The notes below the pieces were generated by a model. The model saw only the letters and a list, made by a program, of their open reading frames with translations, was not told where the DNA came from and made no database searches. A stretch of 64,000 nt of DNA from Candidatus Phycocordibacter aenigmaticus (lineage in GTDB: Bacteria; Patescibacteriota; Minisyncoccia; Phycocordibacterales; UBA2163): the NCBI GenBank assembly GCA_002327585.1, contig DCWL01000011.1:8746-72745 (forward strand). Direction: 5' to 3'. Positions within the stretch are counted from its first letter, which is position 1; every line of letters begins with the position of its first letter. A program made the position numbers and the translations under genes. Shown here one piece after another: positions 48,199 through 56,506 of the stretch.

Positions 48199-48633
48199 TT
48201 ATATCACTTCTTTCTTTTCTGGAGCAACTTCCTCTTTCTTTTCTTCTGTCATCCCTGGTTCTTTAGATTCCTCTGTCTTTGACTCTTCTTTCTTTTCTTC
48301 TGTCACCTCTGGTTCTTTAGATTCCTCTGTCTTTGCTTCTTCTTTTTTCTCCTCTTTTATTTTCTTTTTACCTTTTGCAACGTGGATTTTCTTAGCCTTT
48401 ATAACGCCCTCTTTTACAAGGATATTATGCATAGAGTCAGATACTTGAGCGCCCTTTGAAATCCAATATTTTACCCTTTCGTCTTTAATGGCTATGGAAT
48501 TGCGCCTTGGGTCATATGAACCAAGAACCTCAGTGGGCTTGCCGGCTTTAGGGCCCTTTCTTGAATCAACAGTAATAACCCGAAATGACGGGTCGTTTTT
48601 TCGTCCTATTCTTTGCAGGCGTATTTTCAACAT
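48199..48633 (-). CDS. rpsP: 30S ribosomal protein S16 with acidic repeat tail
   Basis: MLKIRLQRIGRK, LGSYDP, GAQVSD; promoter TTGACT-17-TATCAT upstream. Confidence 0.97.
   Translation of the reverse strand: MLKIRLQRIGRKNDPSFRVITVDSRKGPKAGKPTEVLGSYDPRRNSIAIKDERVKYWISKGAQVSDSMHNILVKEGVIKAKKIHVAKGKKKIKEEKKEEAKTEESKEPEVTEEKKEESKTEESKEPGMTEEKKEEVAPEKKEVI
48229..48354 (-). repeat. 54-nt tandem repeat (2.3 copies) in rpsP tail
   Basis: EEKKEEAKTEESKEPEVT / EEKKEESKTEESKEPGMT / EEKKEE. Confidence 0.9.
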
Positions 48634-48676
48634 AAGTAGAGAGATGATAACAAAAGTCCAATATACAGTCAAATCT

Positions 48677-48784
48677 AAGCTTCCAAAAATTATGACGATG
48701 TCGCTGTCCTGTCACTGCACCGGGAAGGAAAATTCATACAAATAACAGTATTTACGACATCGCCATGAGAATCAAAAGGAACTT
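48677..48784 (-). ncRNA. Candidate long-hairpin ncRNA
   Basis: Nested stems with G-U pairs favouring the minus strand; TG-G-TATAAT at ~48806-48814. Confidence 0.5.
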
Positions 48785-48869
48785 TCAATTATACTTATCA
48801 TATATATTATACCACAAAATATCTTGACAATAGCGCTTTTAAGTGTGATCTGATATACTCAAGGAAAAT

Positions 48870-50819
48870 ATGGAGAACCAACAAAGAAGGAAAAATAAAA
48901 GCCAAAAAAAGTCCCGCCTTAGCGGGGTTATTAGTGTCACGAGCCGTGGCGTTGGATATCTGCCCAGTGAATTGTTTGAGGAGGATATAGAAATCCTAAA
49001 TGAGCACCTAAATACTGCTTTCAATAAAGACACAGTGGAAGTGCTTATTCATCCTAGAATCAATAGAGAAAGAATGAGAGGAGAAGTAACAAGAGTGATT
49101 GAGCGTGCAAAACAAAAATTCGTCGGCACTATAGAAAAAGAGAACAATCTATATTTTCTGGTGCCGGATGACAAAAGAATGTATGTCGATATTCTCCTGT
49201 CGGAGAAAGACGCCGAGGATGGAGTCAAAGCGCTTGTAGAATTTATAAAGTGGAATGATCCAAAGAAAAACCCTGAAGGGAAAATCGTTGAAATCCTGGG
49301 TCGCAAGGGAGAACATAATGTTGAAATGCGCTCAATCGTCTTGAGCCACGGTTTTGAAACAGGCTTCCCAGCAGATGTCGAAAAAGCAGCAAAAGAAATT
49401 GAGAATAAAAAAATAGAAATTTTAGAAAAGGAATCAAAGAAACGAAAAGACTTTAGAGATATCACAACAATGACAATTGACCCACCAGATGCAAAGGATT
49501 TTGATGATGCACTTTCAATCAGGGAACTCGAAAATGGCGATGTTGAAATAGGTGTTCACATAGCAGATGTATCACATTACGTAAGCTCGAAAAGCGTGAT
49601 TGACAGACAAGCGCAAAAACGTGCAACTTCCATATATCTTGTGGACAGAACAATTCCAATGCTTCCAGAAATAATTTCAAATGATGTTTCCAGCTTAAAT
49701 CCTGAAGAAGACAAACTCACCTTCTCCGCCGTCTTTACACTCTCAAAACAAGGTGCAGTCAAAGCACAGTGGTTCGGAGAGACAATAATATGCTCCAACA
49801 AAAGATTTACATACGAGAGCGCACAAAAAACACTGGATGCAAAGAAGGGTGAGTATTACAAAGAATTAAATATTGCAAATGAAATCGCAAAAATTCTACG
49901 CAAGAAACGCTTCAAGGAAGGTTCGATATCTTTTGAGCATGACGAGGTGGAGTTTCAGCTGGATGAAAACGGAAAACCGATCAGTATCAAAAGAAAGAAA
50001 ATGTTTGACACGAATCATCTTATTGAAGAGTTTATGCTTCTTGCAAATAAAAAAGTTGCCGAGTATGTGTATGACCGCTCCAGGAAATCGGGTCTCAGAA
50101 ACCTTATGTTTATTTACCGCATTCATGATGTTCCGAACAGGGAGAAAATACAAGAGCTTGGAGTATTTCTGCACGCAATAGGGTATGAATTCAATACAGG
50201 AGGGGGAGATATAACGACTCATGAGATAAACAAGCTTTTTGAAAAAATAAAAGGCAAGCCGGTAGAGGATCTTATAAAAATTGCAACAATACGCTCAATG
50301 TCAAAGGCAATATATTCAACAAAGAACATTGGGCATTTTGGACTTTCATTCAGATATTACACTCATTTTACCTCTCCCATCAGACGCTACCCTGATCTTA
50401 TGGTACACAGAATTTTGAAAAGTCATTTAAATGGAACAGGAATTTCAGATAGTGAGCTTAAGCACTACGAAAAACTTGCGATTACTTCCTCTGAACGGGA
50501 GGTTGAAGCGGTTGAGGCGGAGCGTGACTCAATCCGCTACAAGCAGGTTGAATATATGAAAGAGCATGTCGGAAAGACATTCAAAGGCACTATAACAGGT
50601 ATTACTGAATTTGGGATTTTTGTGGAGGAAGAAAATACTAAAGCTGAAGGATTGATACGTCTCAATAGCATGAAGGACGATTTCTATACGCTTGATAAAA
50701 AGCACTACCGTCTAGAGGGGCAGAAGTCAAAAAAGAAATTTAACTTGGGCGACAAGGTAAAAGTCAAACTCACGAATACTAATCTAGACTCAAAGTCCCT
50801 TGATTTTGTGTTTGTATAA
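48870..50819 (+). CDS. rnr: Ribonuclease R
   Basis: TIDPPDAKDFDDA, HIADVSHY, IEEFMLLAN, YTHFTSPIRRYPDL, S1 domain. Confidence 0.97.
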   Translation: MENQQRRKNKSQKKSRLSGVISVTSRGVGYLPSELFEEDIEILNEHLNTAFNKDTVEVLIHPRINRERMRGEVTRVIERAKQKFVGTIEKENNLYFLVPDDKRMYVDILLSEKDAEDGVKALVEFIKWNDPKKNPEGKIVEILGRKGEHNVEMRSIVLSHGFETGFPADVEKAAKEIENKKIEILEKESKKRKDFRDITTMTIDPPDAKDFDDALSIRELENGDVEIGVHIADVSHYVSSKSVIDRQAQKRATSIYLVDRTIPMLPEIISNDVSSLNPEEDKLTFSAVFTLSKQGAVKAQWFGETIICSNKRFTYESAQKTLDAKKGEYYKELNIANEIAKILRKKRFKEGSISFEHDEVEFQLDENGKPISIKRKKMFDTNHLIEEFMLLANKKVAEYVYDRSRKSGLRNLMFIYRIHDVPNREKIQELGVFLHAIGYEFNTGGGDITTHEINKLFEKIKGKPVEDLIKIATIRSMSKAIYSTKNIGHFGLSFRYYTHFTSPIRRYPDLMVHRILKSHLNGTGISDSELKHYEKLAITSSEREVEAVEAERDSIRYKQVEYMKEHVGKTFKGTITGITEFGIFVEEENTKAEGLIRLNSMKDDFYTLDKKHYRLEGQKSKKKFNLGDKVKVKLTNTNLDSKSLDFVFV

Positions 50820-50846
50820 CCTCTGAATATTTGAGAGAATATACGT

Positions 50847-51128
50847 ATGCCCCCTTTTAACGAGATAGTATTAGATTCTATAGAATCCTTCGATTTTGCA
50901 AGGCCAGTAATTGAGTTTATTTCAGATAAATTTTCAAACTTCGGTGATATTGTCTGGTTTATATTTTTCGTCGTGCTTGTATTTTTTACCATATACAGTT
51001 TGGTGCTTGTCTATCACTGGTTTAGATACAGCATTGGCTCACTTATGGTATGGATTGCTATGATCGCTTATTTCACAGTCTCTTTCGTACTTTTAAACGC
51101 GTTTTATTTGTCTGCTTTGAATATCTAA
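50847..51128 (+). CDS. Hypothetical two-TM protein
   Basis: Hydrophobic, YHW.RY motif. Confidence 0.7.
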   Translation: MPPFNEIVLDSIESFDFARPVIEFISDKFSNFGDIVWFIFFVVLVFFTIYSLVLVYHWFRYSIGSLMVWIAMIAYFTVSFVLLNAFYLSALNI

Positions 51129-51140
51129 TATAAATTTAAT

Positions 51141-51668
51141 ATGATACATTTATCAAAAGATGAAAGAGTTGAGAAAGTTATAAGAAAGCATTGGCTTATT
51201 CTCTTTGGCGACAGCATAGGACTTATAATCTTATATATAATCCCATTTCTTATATATTGGTATCTTTTCGACAGTACTATAACGGTAGATTTTCTTATTG
51301 ATAAAATTTATTTTCATCCTTCCCCTTCTATTTTAGTATTTACGGTCTCGGCATGGACGCTTCTAGCTTGGGCAAAACTTTTCGCAATCTGGACTGATTA
51401 TTATTTAGATATGTGGCTTATAACAAATAAACGAATTGTCGATATTGAACAAAAAGGATTTTTTAACCGCGATATTTCAACATTCAGAATGGAGAGAATT
51501 CAAGATATTACTGTTGAAATAAAAGGCGTTATTGCGACACTTCTTAATTTCGGCAATATCCATGTGCAGACAGCCGGAGAATCGCAGGAATTTATAATAA
51601 AAGGAATCGGAAGACCAAAATATGTGAAAGAAATAATAATGCGGCAAGCTGACAAGGTGGCCAAATAA
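51141..51668 (+). CDS. Bacterial PH-domain membrane protein
   Basis: RKHW, ITNKRIVD, IQDIT, FGNIHVQTAG. Confidence 0.85.
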   Translation: MIHLSKDERVEKVIRKHWLILFGDSIGLIILYIIPFLIYWYLFDSTITVDFLIDKIYFHPSPSILVFTVSAWTLLAWAKLFAIWTDYYLDMWLITNKRIVDIEQKGFFNRDISTFRMERIQDITVEIKGVIATLLNFGNIHVQTAGESQEFIIKGIGRPKYVKEIIMRQADKVAK

Positions 51669-51715
51669 TATATAAAAATTTCTTGACTTTGTTTTTGTAG
51701 TCATTTAACTTTCGG

Positions 51716-51760
51716 ATATACAAGTAACGGCGAGATTTAACCTCGCTGTTGCTTGTATAT
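51716..51760 (+). terminator. 19-bp hairpin upstream of hisS
   Basis: ATATACAAGTAACGGCGAG / CTCGCTGTTGCTTGTATAT. Confidence 0.65.
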
Positions 51761-51787
51761 TTGGCTTAATTCCGCTATTATTTAGAA

Positions 51788-53068
51788 ATGACCAATGAGT
51801 CAAACAAAAAAACAAAGCTCTCTACAGAACCGTACAAAGGTGTACGGAATTTTTATCCTGCCGATATGGCTGTTCAAAACTATATTTTTGACAAAATGCG
51901 AAAGACCGCAGAGAGCTTTGGATATATAGAGTACGGGGCATCAGTACTTGAGCCGACAGAGCTTTATGAAGCAAAATCAGGAGAAGAGTTAGTAAAAGAG
52001 CAAACATATTCGTTCAAAGACCGAGGAGAAAGAGATGTAACACTCCGCCCTGAAATGACGCCCTCTGTCGCGAGAATGATTGCAGGAAAAAGACGCGAAT
52101 TGTCCTTTCCACTGCGATGGTATTCAATACCAAACGCATTTCGGTATGAGCGCCCGCAACGCGGACGCCTGCGTGAGCATTGGCAATTAAATGCCGATTT
52201 ATTTGGTGGAAATGAAGTTAAGGCAGATGCTGAGATCATAAGACTTGCGTATCAAATACTTAAAGACTTTGGCGCAAAGGATGATGACTTTGAAATAAAG
52301 ATAAATTATGCAGGAGTACTTTCTCCGTATTTGGCAAAGAAATTTGATATAAAAAAAGAAGAAGATGTTAATGCACTTGTGAAAATTATTGACCGATACG
52401 GCAAAATCTCCGATGAAGATTTTGAAAAAAGAACAGAAAAAATACTTGGAGATAAAACTTCAGTACTTTTGGATATTCTCAAAGAAAAAAATGTCGATGA
52501 ATTTGATTCGTATGAAGAAATCAAATATTTGGACCAACTTAAATCAGAAACAAATATCAACTTGACTATCGATCCGTTTTTGACTCGAGGATTTGATTAT
52601 TACACTGGAATGGTCTTTGAAGTGTACGACACAAATCCTGAAAATAATCGTTCCATTTTTGGCGGTGGACGTTATGATAATCTACTTGAGATTTTTAACG
52701 TGGAAAAAGTTTCTGCTGTTGGTTTTGGTATGGGTGATATACCTGTTAAAAACTTTCTTGAAGTACGAAACCTAATTCCGGAATATGTTTCAACTACAGA
52801 TTTGATACTCTGCACGTTGGATAATACAAATATTCCATTTGCCCAAGAGCTTGCACAGAGACTTCGTATAGAAGGCCTTAATACAGCCATAAATCTGACC
52901 GATAAAAAAATAGGTGATCAGATAAAGATTGCCGACAAACAGAAAATCCCTTTTGTCATATGCATCGGAGAAAAAGAAGAGAAAAGCGGTAAATTCAAAC
53001 TCAAAGAGCTTAAAACAGGCAAAGAAAAAGAAGTCACCGAAAATGAAATAAAAAGTGCTATTGGATAA
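51788..53068 (+). CDS. hisS: Histidine--tRNA ligase
   Basis: LRPEMT, FRYERPQRGR.REH.Q, RGFDYYTG, GGGRYD. Confidence 0.98.
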   Translation: MTNESNKKTKLSTEPYKGVRNFYPADMAVQNYIFDKMRKTAESFGYIEYGASVLEPTELYEAKSGEELVKEQTYSFKDRGERDVTLRPEMTPSVARMIAGKRRELSFPLRWYSIPNAFRYERPQRGRLREHWQLNADLFGGNEVKADAEIIRLAYQILKDFGAKDDDFEIKINYAGVLSPYLAKKFDIKKEEDVNALVKIIDRYGKISDEDFEKRTEKILGDKTSVLLDILKEKNVDEFDSYEEIKYLDQLKSETNINLTIDPFLTRGFDYYTGMVFEVYDTNPENNRSIFGGGRYDNLLEIFNVEKVSAVGFGMGDIPVKNFLEVRNLIPEYVSTTDLILCTLDNTNIPFAQELAQRLRIEGLNTAINLTDKKIGDQIKIADKQKIPFVICIGEKEEKSGKFKLKELKTGKEKEVTENEIKSAIG

Positions 53069-53070
53069 AA

Positions 53071-53646
53071 GTGAAAAAGATAACTTTTGACATTGAAACA
53101 AGTAATTTATTCCAAGATGTGGGGAAAGCCAATCCTGTCCTTTTGGATTTGTCTGTTGTGTGTATACATGATTCAGAAACAGATGAATACAGCGCATATA
53201 CCCAAGAAGAACTTCCAAATCTCTGGCCTGTACTTGAAAAAGCCGATATGCTTATCGGGTACAACTCTGACCATTTTGATATTCCGCTTCTGAACAAATA
53301 TTATCCGGGGGATTTAACTCACATAAAGAGTTTGGACATTCTTAAAGAAATAAAAAAAAAGCTCGGCAGACGCCTGAAGCTTGATTCAGTGGCTGAAGCG
53401 ACACTGGGCAGAAAAAAGATTGGAACCGGTCTTGAAGCCACTACGTGGTGGAAAAACGGAGAAGTGGAAAAAGTAAAAGAGTATTGCAAAGAAGATGTAA
53501 AAATTACAAAAGAGCTTTATGACTACGTGCTCAAAAACGGGGTACTTAAATATAAGGATCTGGGGAAGACACGAGATATAAAGCTTGATACTTCAGAGTG
53601 GGAGAAGGAAAAAGATGGCTCAATAACCCATACTTTACCCTTTTAA
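53071..53646 (+). CDS. RNase H-like (YprB/DEDD) 3'-5' exonuclease domain protein
   Basis: FDIET, GYNSDHFDIP, YCKEDV. Confidence 0.85.
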   Translation: MKKITFDIETSNLFQDVGKANPVLLDLSVVCIHDSETDEYSAYTQEELPNLWPVLEKADMLIGYNSDHFDIPLLNKYYPGDLTHIKSLDILKEIKKKLGRRLKLDSVAEATLGRKKIGTGLEATTWWKNGEVEKVKEYCKEDVKITKELYDYVLKNGVLKYKDLGKTRDIKLDTSEWEKEKDGSITHTLPF

Positions 53647-53693
53647 TGCCATATGATATAGTACTGTTATATTAATAATAAATAAAAATAAAT

Positions 53694-54464
53694 ATGGACA
53701 GTAAACTTTTAATACCAATTTCAATAGTCGTCGCGGCAATAGTTATTGCCGGAGCACTTTTTGTGGTAAATAAAGATGATTCGCCTAAAGTTGCTGATAA
53801 TGACAACGGTTCCCAACAGGCGGCGGTGGATAATTCAACATCGGTCAGGCCGATTTCCGAAGATGACCACATTTTAGGTAATCCGAATGCTAAAATAATA
53901 ATCGTTGAATACTCTGACACGGAGTGCCCATTCTGCAAAAAATTTCATGAGACAATGCATCAGGTCATTGATGAGTATGGAAAAGACGGTAAAGTTGCAT
54001 GGGTTTACAGGCATTCCCCTCTTGTCGGACTTCATTCCAAAGCTCAAAAAGAAGCTGAAGCAACGGAGTGTGCATTTGACCAAGGAGGCAATGTGGCATT
54101 CTGGGAATATACAGACAGACTCTACGAAATTACTCCATCAAATAATGATTTGGATTTAGACCAGCTTCCACAAATTGCAGAGGATGTCGGACTCAGTGGA
54201 GAAGAGCTTGAAGAATGTCTAGACAGCGAACGAAACGCAAAGAAAGTGCAGGATGATTTGGCTGACGCATCTGCATCAGGAGCCAGAGGTACACCGCACA
54301 ACATAATGCTCGTTGGAGATGAGGAGATTGACATTCCCGGCGCACAGCCATTCACCGCAATGAAAGTGGCAATTGACATGGTGCTTTCGGAAAGTGATGC
54401 AGTCAATACAGAAGATACAGAAGATACGGAAGATACAGAAGATACAGAAGATACGGAAGAATAA
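53694..54464 (+). CDS. DsbA/thioredoxin-fold protein
   Basis: N-terminal TM, EYSDTECPFC, GTP, GAQP. Confidence 0.92.
   Translation: MDSKLLIPISIVVAAIVIAGALFVVNKDDSPKVADNDNGSQQAAVDNSTSVRPISEDDHILGNPNAKIIIVEYSDTECPFCKKFHETMHQVIDEYGKDGKVAWVYRHSPLVGLHSKAQKEAEATECAFDQGGNVAFWEYTDRLYEITPSNNDLDLDQLPQIAEDVGLSGEELEECLDSERNAKKVQDDLADASASGARGTPHNIMLVGDEEIDIPGAQPFTAMKVAIDMVLSESDAVNTEDTEDTEDTEDTEDTEE
54408..54461 (+). repeat. 9-nt tandem repeat (TED)x6 at DsbA C-terminus
   Basis: AC(A/G)GAAGAT units, last one ending GAA; order ACA,ACA,ACG occurs twice. Confidence 0.92.
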
Positions 54465-54482
54465 TTATAGTTTAATATAAAT

Positions 54483-54532
54483 AAAAAAATACAGCCGTGA
54501 GATTCAAGTTAGTTCTCACGGCTGTTTTTTTT
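54483..54532. terminator. Bidirectional terminator
   Basis: ACAGCCGTGAGA / TCTCACGGCTGT flanked by A- and T-runs. Confidence 0.85.
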
Positions 54533-54534
54533 AA

Positions 54535-55083
54535 TCACTTTCTTTTAGTGATTTTTTTCAATCTATCAGCTTTTTCTGTAACTTCTATTTCCAGCTCGTC
54601 GGGCTTTACGACGAACTCTTCATGCTGATTAATTGATACACCCTTAATCGTCTCTGCCTTATCAGGATCTCTAAGCATGGCCTCTTTGTCCACTTCTTTT
54701 TTAATCCGGATGAAGCGCTTGAGCTTGAGCGATTTCAATTCTTCCAAAATCGCTTTTACATTACGAAGCGAAACTGATTTTGGCGTCATCCTCCACCCAA
54801 AAAAGCCAGTTAGCAACCTTACCGACTTACTTCTACCATTGTTGGTCAATTCTTTGCGGTTGGCTTCGGCAAAAGCGAAAAGTCCACTCATAAGATCATC
54901 GACCTTTTTCTGATGCGGTTTTACATCGACTATTGCCGATGTCTTTAATTCATTCACTGCATCATTAAGGTTTAGATTAATCGCATCTATCTTTCGTTTC
55001 TCTTCGCCGATTTTTGCCAAAAACTTAGCTGCCTCGCCCAAATTATGAGGCATAGGTATTACATCTTTTTTTATCCTAACCAT
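54535..55083 (-). CDS. Mu Gam-like host-nuclease inhibitor (orphan cassette)
   Basis: Coiled coil, FAEANR.EL, KSV.L..G.FGWR.TP.SV, IR.K.EVDKEAM; promoter TTGACA-17-TAAAGT (55160-55132), SD AAGGAG. Confidence 0.88.
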   Translation of the reverse strand: MVRIKKDVIPMPHNLGEAAKFLAKIGEEKRKIDAINLNLNDAVNELKTSAIVDVKPHQKKVDDLMSGLFAFAEANRKELTNNGRSKSVRLLTGFFGWRMTPKSVSLRNVKAILEELKSLKLKRFIRIKKEVDKEAMLRDPDKAETIKGVSINQHEEFVVKPDELEIEVTEKADRLKKITKRK

Positions 55084-55238
55084 GTCTTTCTCCTTTTCTA
55101 GATAAAAAATTTTAAAGTACGATTCGGCAAAACTTTAACATAATATAAAAAATATGTCAAGTTCTTTGTAGCATATATCTGCTGTTGCATTTATAGGTTA
55201 CTTATTTCCTTCTCACAGGATTTATTTCATTATTTGGT

Positions 55239-56501
55239 TTAGTAGTTTTTGAGGCGAAGAGATTTTTCGTGTTTTTGGATTTTCTCAAGCGCTTTTGCCT
55301 CAATTTGGCGGATGCGCTCTCGGGTCACTCCGAATTCTCTTCCGACTTCTTCAAGCGTATGATAAATACCGTCGGAAAGACCATTTCTCATTTCAAGAAT
55401 TTTCTTTTCTTTAGGCGAGAGATCATTTAGAATTTCTTTAATCTGGTCCGCAAGAATTCTGCGGGACGTATCCTGGTCAGGAGAGGATATTTTATCGTCT
55501 GGTACAAAATCACCCAATGTCGATTTCTCATCACCGTCATCTCCTACTGGCCGTTCGAGTGAGATGGTATCCTGATTAATTTTCTGGATCTGGTAAATCT
55601 TATTAATATCCAAATCCATTTCCGCCGCAATCTCCTCGGGAAGCGGATCACGCCCCAAATCCTGCGAAAGCCGTCTGAAGACCTGTTTGTATTTTGCAAT
55701 TGTCTCAACCATATGAACCGGGATTCTGATTGTGCGTGATTGATCGGCAAGCGCTCTTGTTATTGCCTGTCTTATCCACCATGTCGCATAAGTGGAAAAT
55801 TTATATCCTTTCGTATAGTCAAACTTGTCAACCGCCTTAAAAAGACCGAGATTGCCTTCTTGTATCAGGTCAAGGAGAGTCAGGTCGGGGCTTCTTCCGA
55901 CATATCTTTTTGCAATTGAGACAACGAGCCGCAGGTTTGCTCTCGCCAAAAGATTCCTCGCCTCTTCATCGCCTTCCATAATTCTTTTGGCAAAGTCTCG
56001 TTCCTCTTTTGCGGATAAGAGTGGATATTGCCCTATCTCGCGAAGATACATCTGGATTGAATCATGTGAGGATATATCGCTCCCACGCTTGTATGTGTTT
56101 CTTTTGCCGGCTAAATCGGAGGACTTATCGTCAAGCATCCCGCCACTTTCAAGTACATCTATATTTGCTGCGCCAAATCTTTCATATAATTCTTCAAGAA
56201 AAATAATATCATCTTCTATAGCTGGAATCTCTTTGAGTATTTCATCGTAGGTTACAAACCCTCTTTGGCGTCCTTTTAAAAGAAGTTTGTTCGCTTTTCT
56301 TTCAAGCTTTTTAACTTTTTTAGTGACGGTTTTTTTAGCAGGTAATTTTTTACTTTTTGGAGTAGATTTTAAAGATTTTTTCTTTGTAGCCTTTTTGCCT
56401 TTAAGTTTTTTGTGTATAAAAAGTTTCTTGGTTTTCTTTGGCTTTTTAGAAATCTTCCTTTTCTTGATTATTTTTTTCTTTTTTGTTATTTTCTTTATCA
56501 T
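55239..56501 (-). CDS. rpoD: RNA polymerase primary sigma factor
   Basis: [45 protein letters not shown]. Confidence 0.98.
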   Translation of the reverse strand: MIKKITKKKKIIKKRKISKKPKKTKKLFIHKKLKGKKATKKKSLKSTPKSKKLPAKKTVTKKVKKLERKANKLLLKGRQRGFVTYDEILKEIPAIEDDIIFLEELYERFGAANIDVLESGGMLDDKSSDLAGKRNTYKRGSDISSHDSIQMYLREIGQYPLLSAKEERDFAKRIMEGDEEARNLLARANLRLVVSIAKRYVGRSPDLTLLDLIQEGNLGLFKAVDKFDYTKGYKFSTYATWWIRQAITRALADQSRTIRIPVHMVETIAKYKQVFRRLSQDLGRDPLPEEIAAEMDLDINKIYQIQKINQDTISLERPVGDDGDEKSTLGDFVPDDKISSPDQDTSRRILADQIKEILNDLSPKEKKILEMRNGLSDGIYHTLEEVGREFGVTRERIRQIEAKALEKIQKHEKSLRLKNY

Positions 56502-56506
56502 ATTTT

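Noticed and set aside
48711-48735. SRP (4.5S) RNA on the plus strand (CCGGGAAGGAA)
   Set aside because: Lacks the CAGG...AGCAG symmetric loop, and G-U pairing favours the minus strand
7236-55160. Integron or prophage as the explanation of the orphan genes
   Set aside because: Genes are dispersed with their own promoters; no intI, attC-like repeats or phage structural genes were seen
56290-56501. Lys-rich RpoD N-terminus as a novel domain
   Set aside because: Low-complexity basic extensions on primary sigma factors are common; nothing further is supportable from sequence
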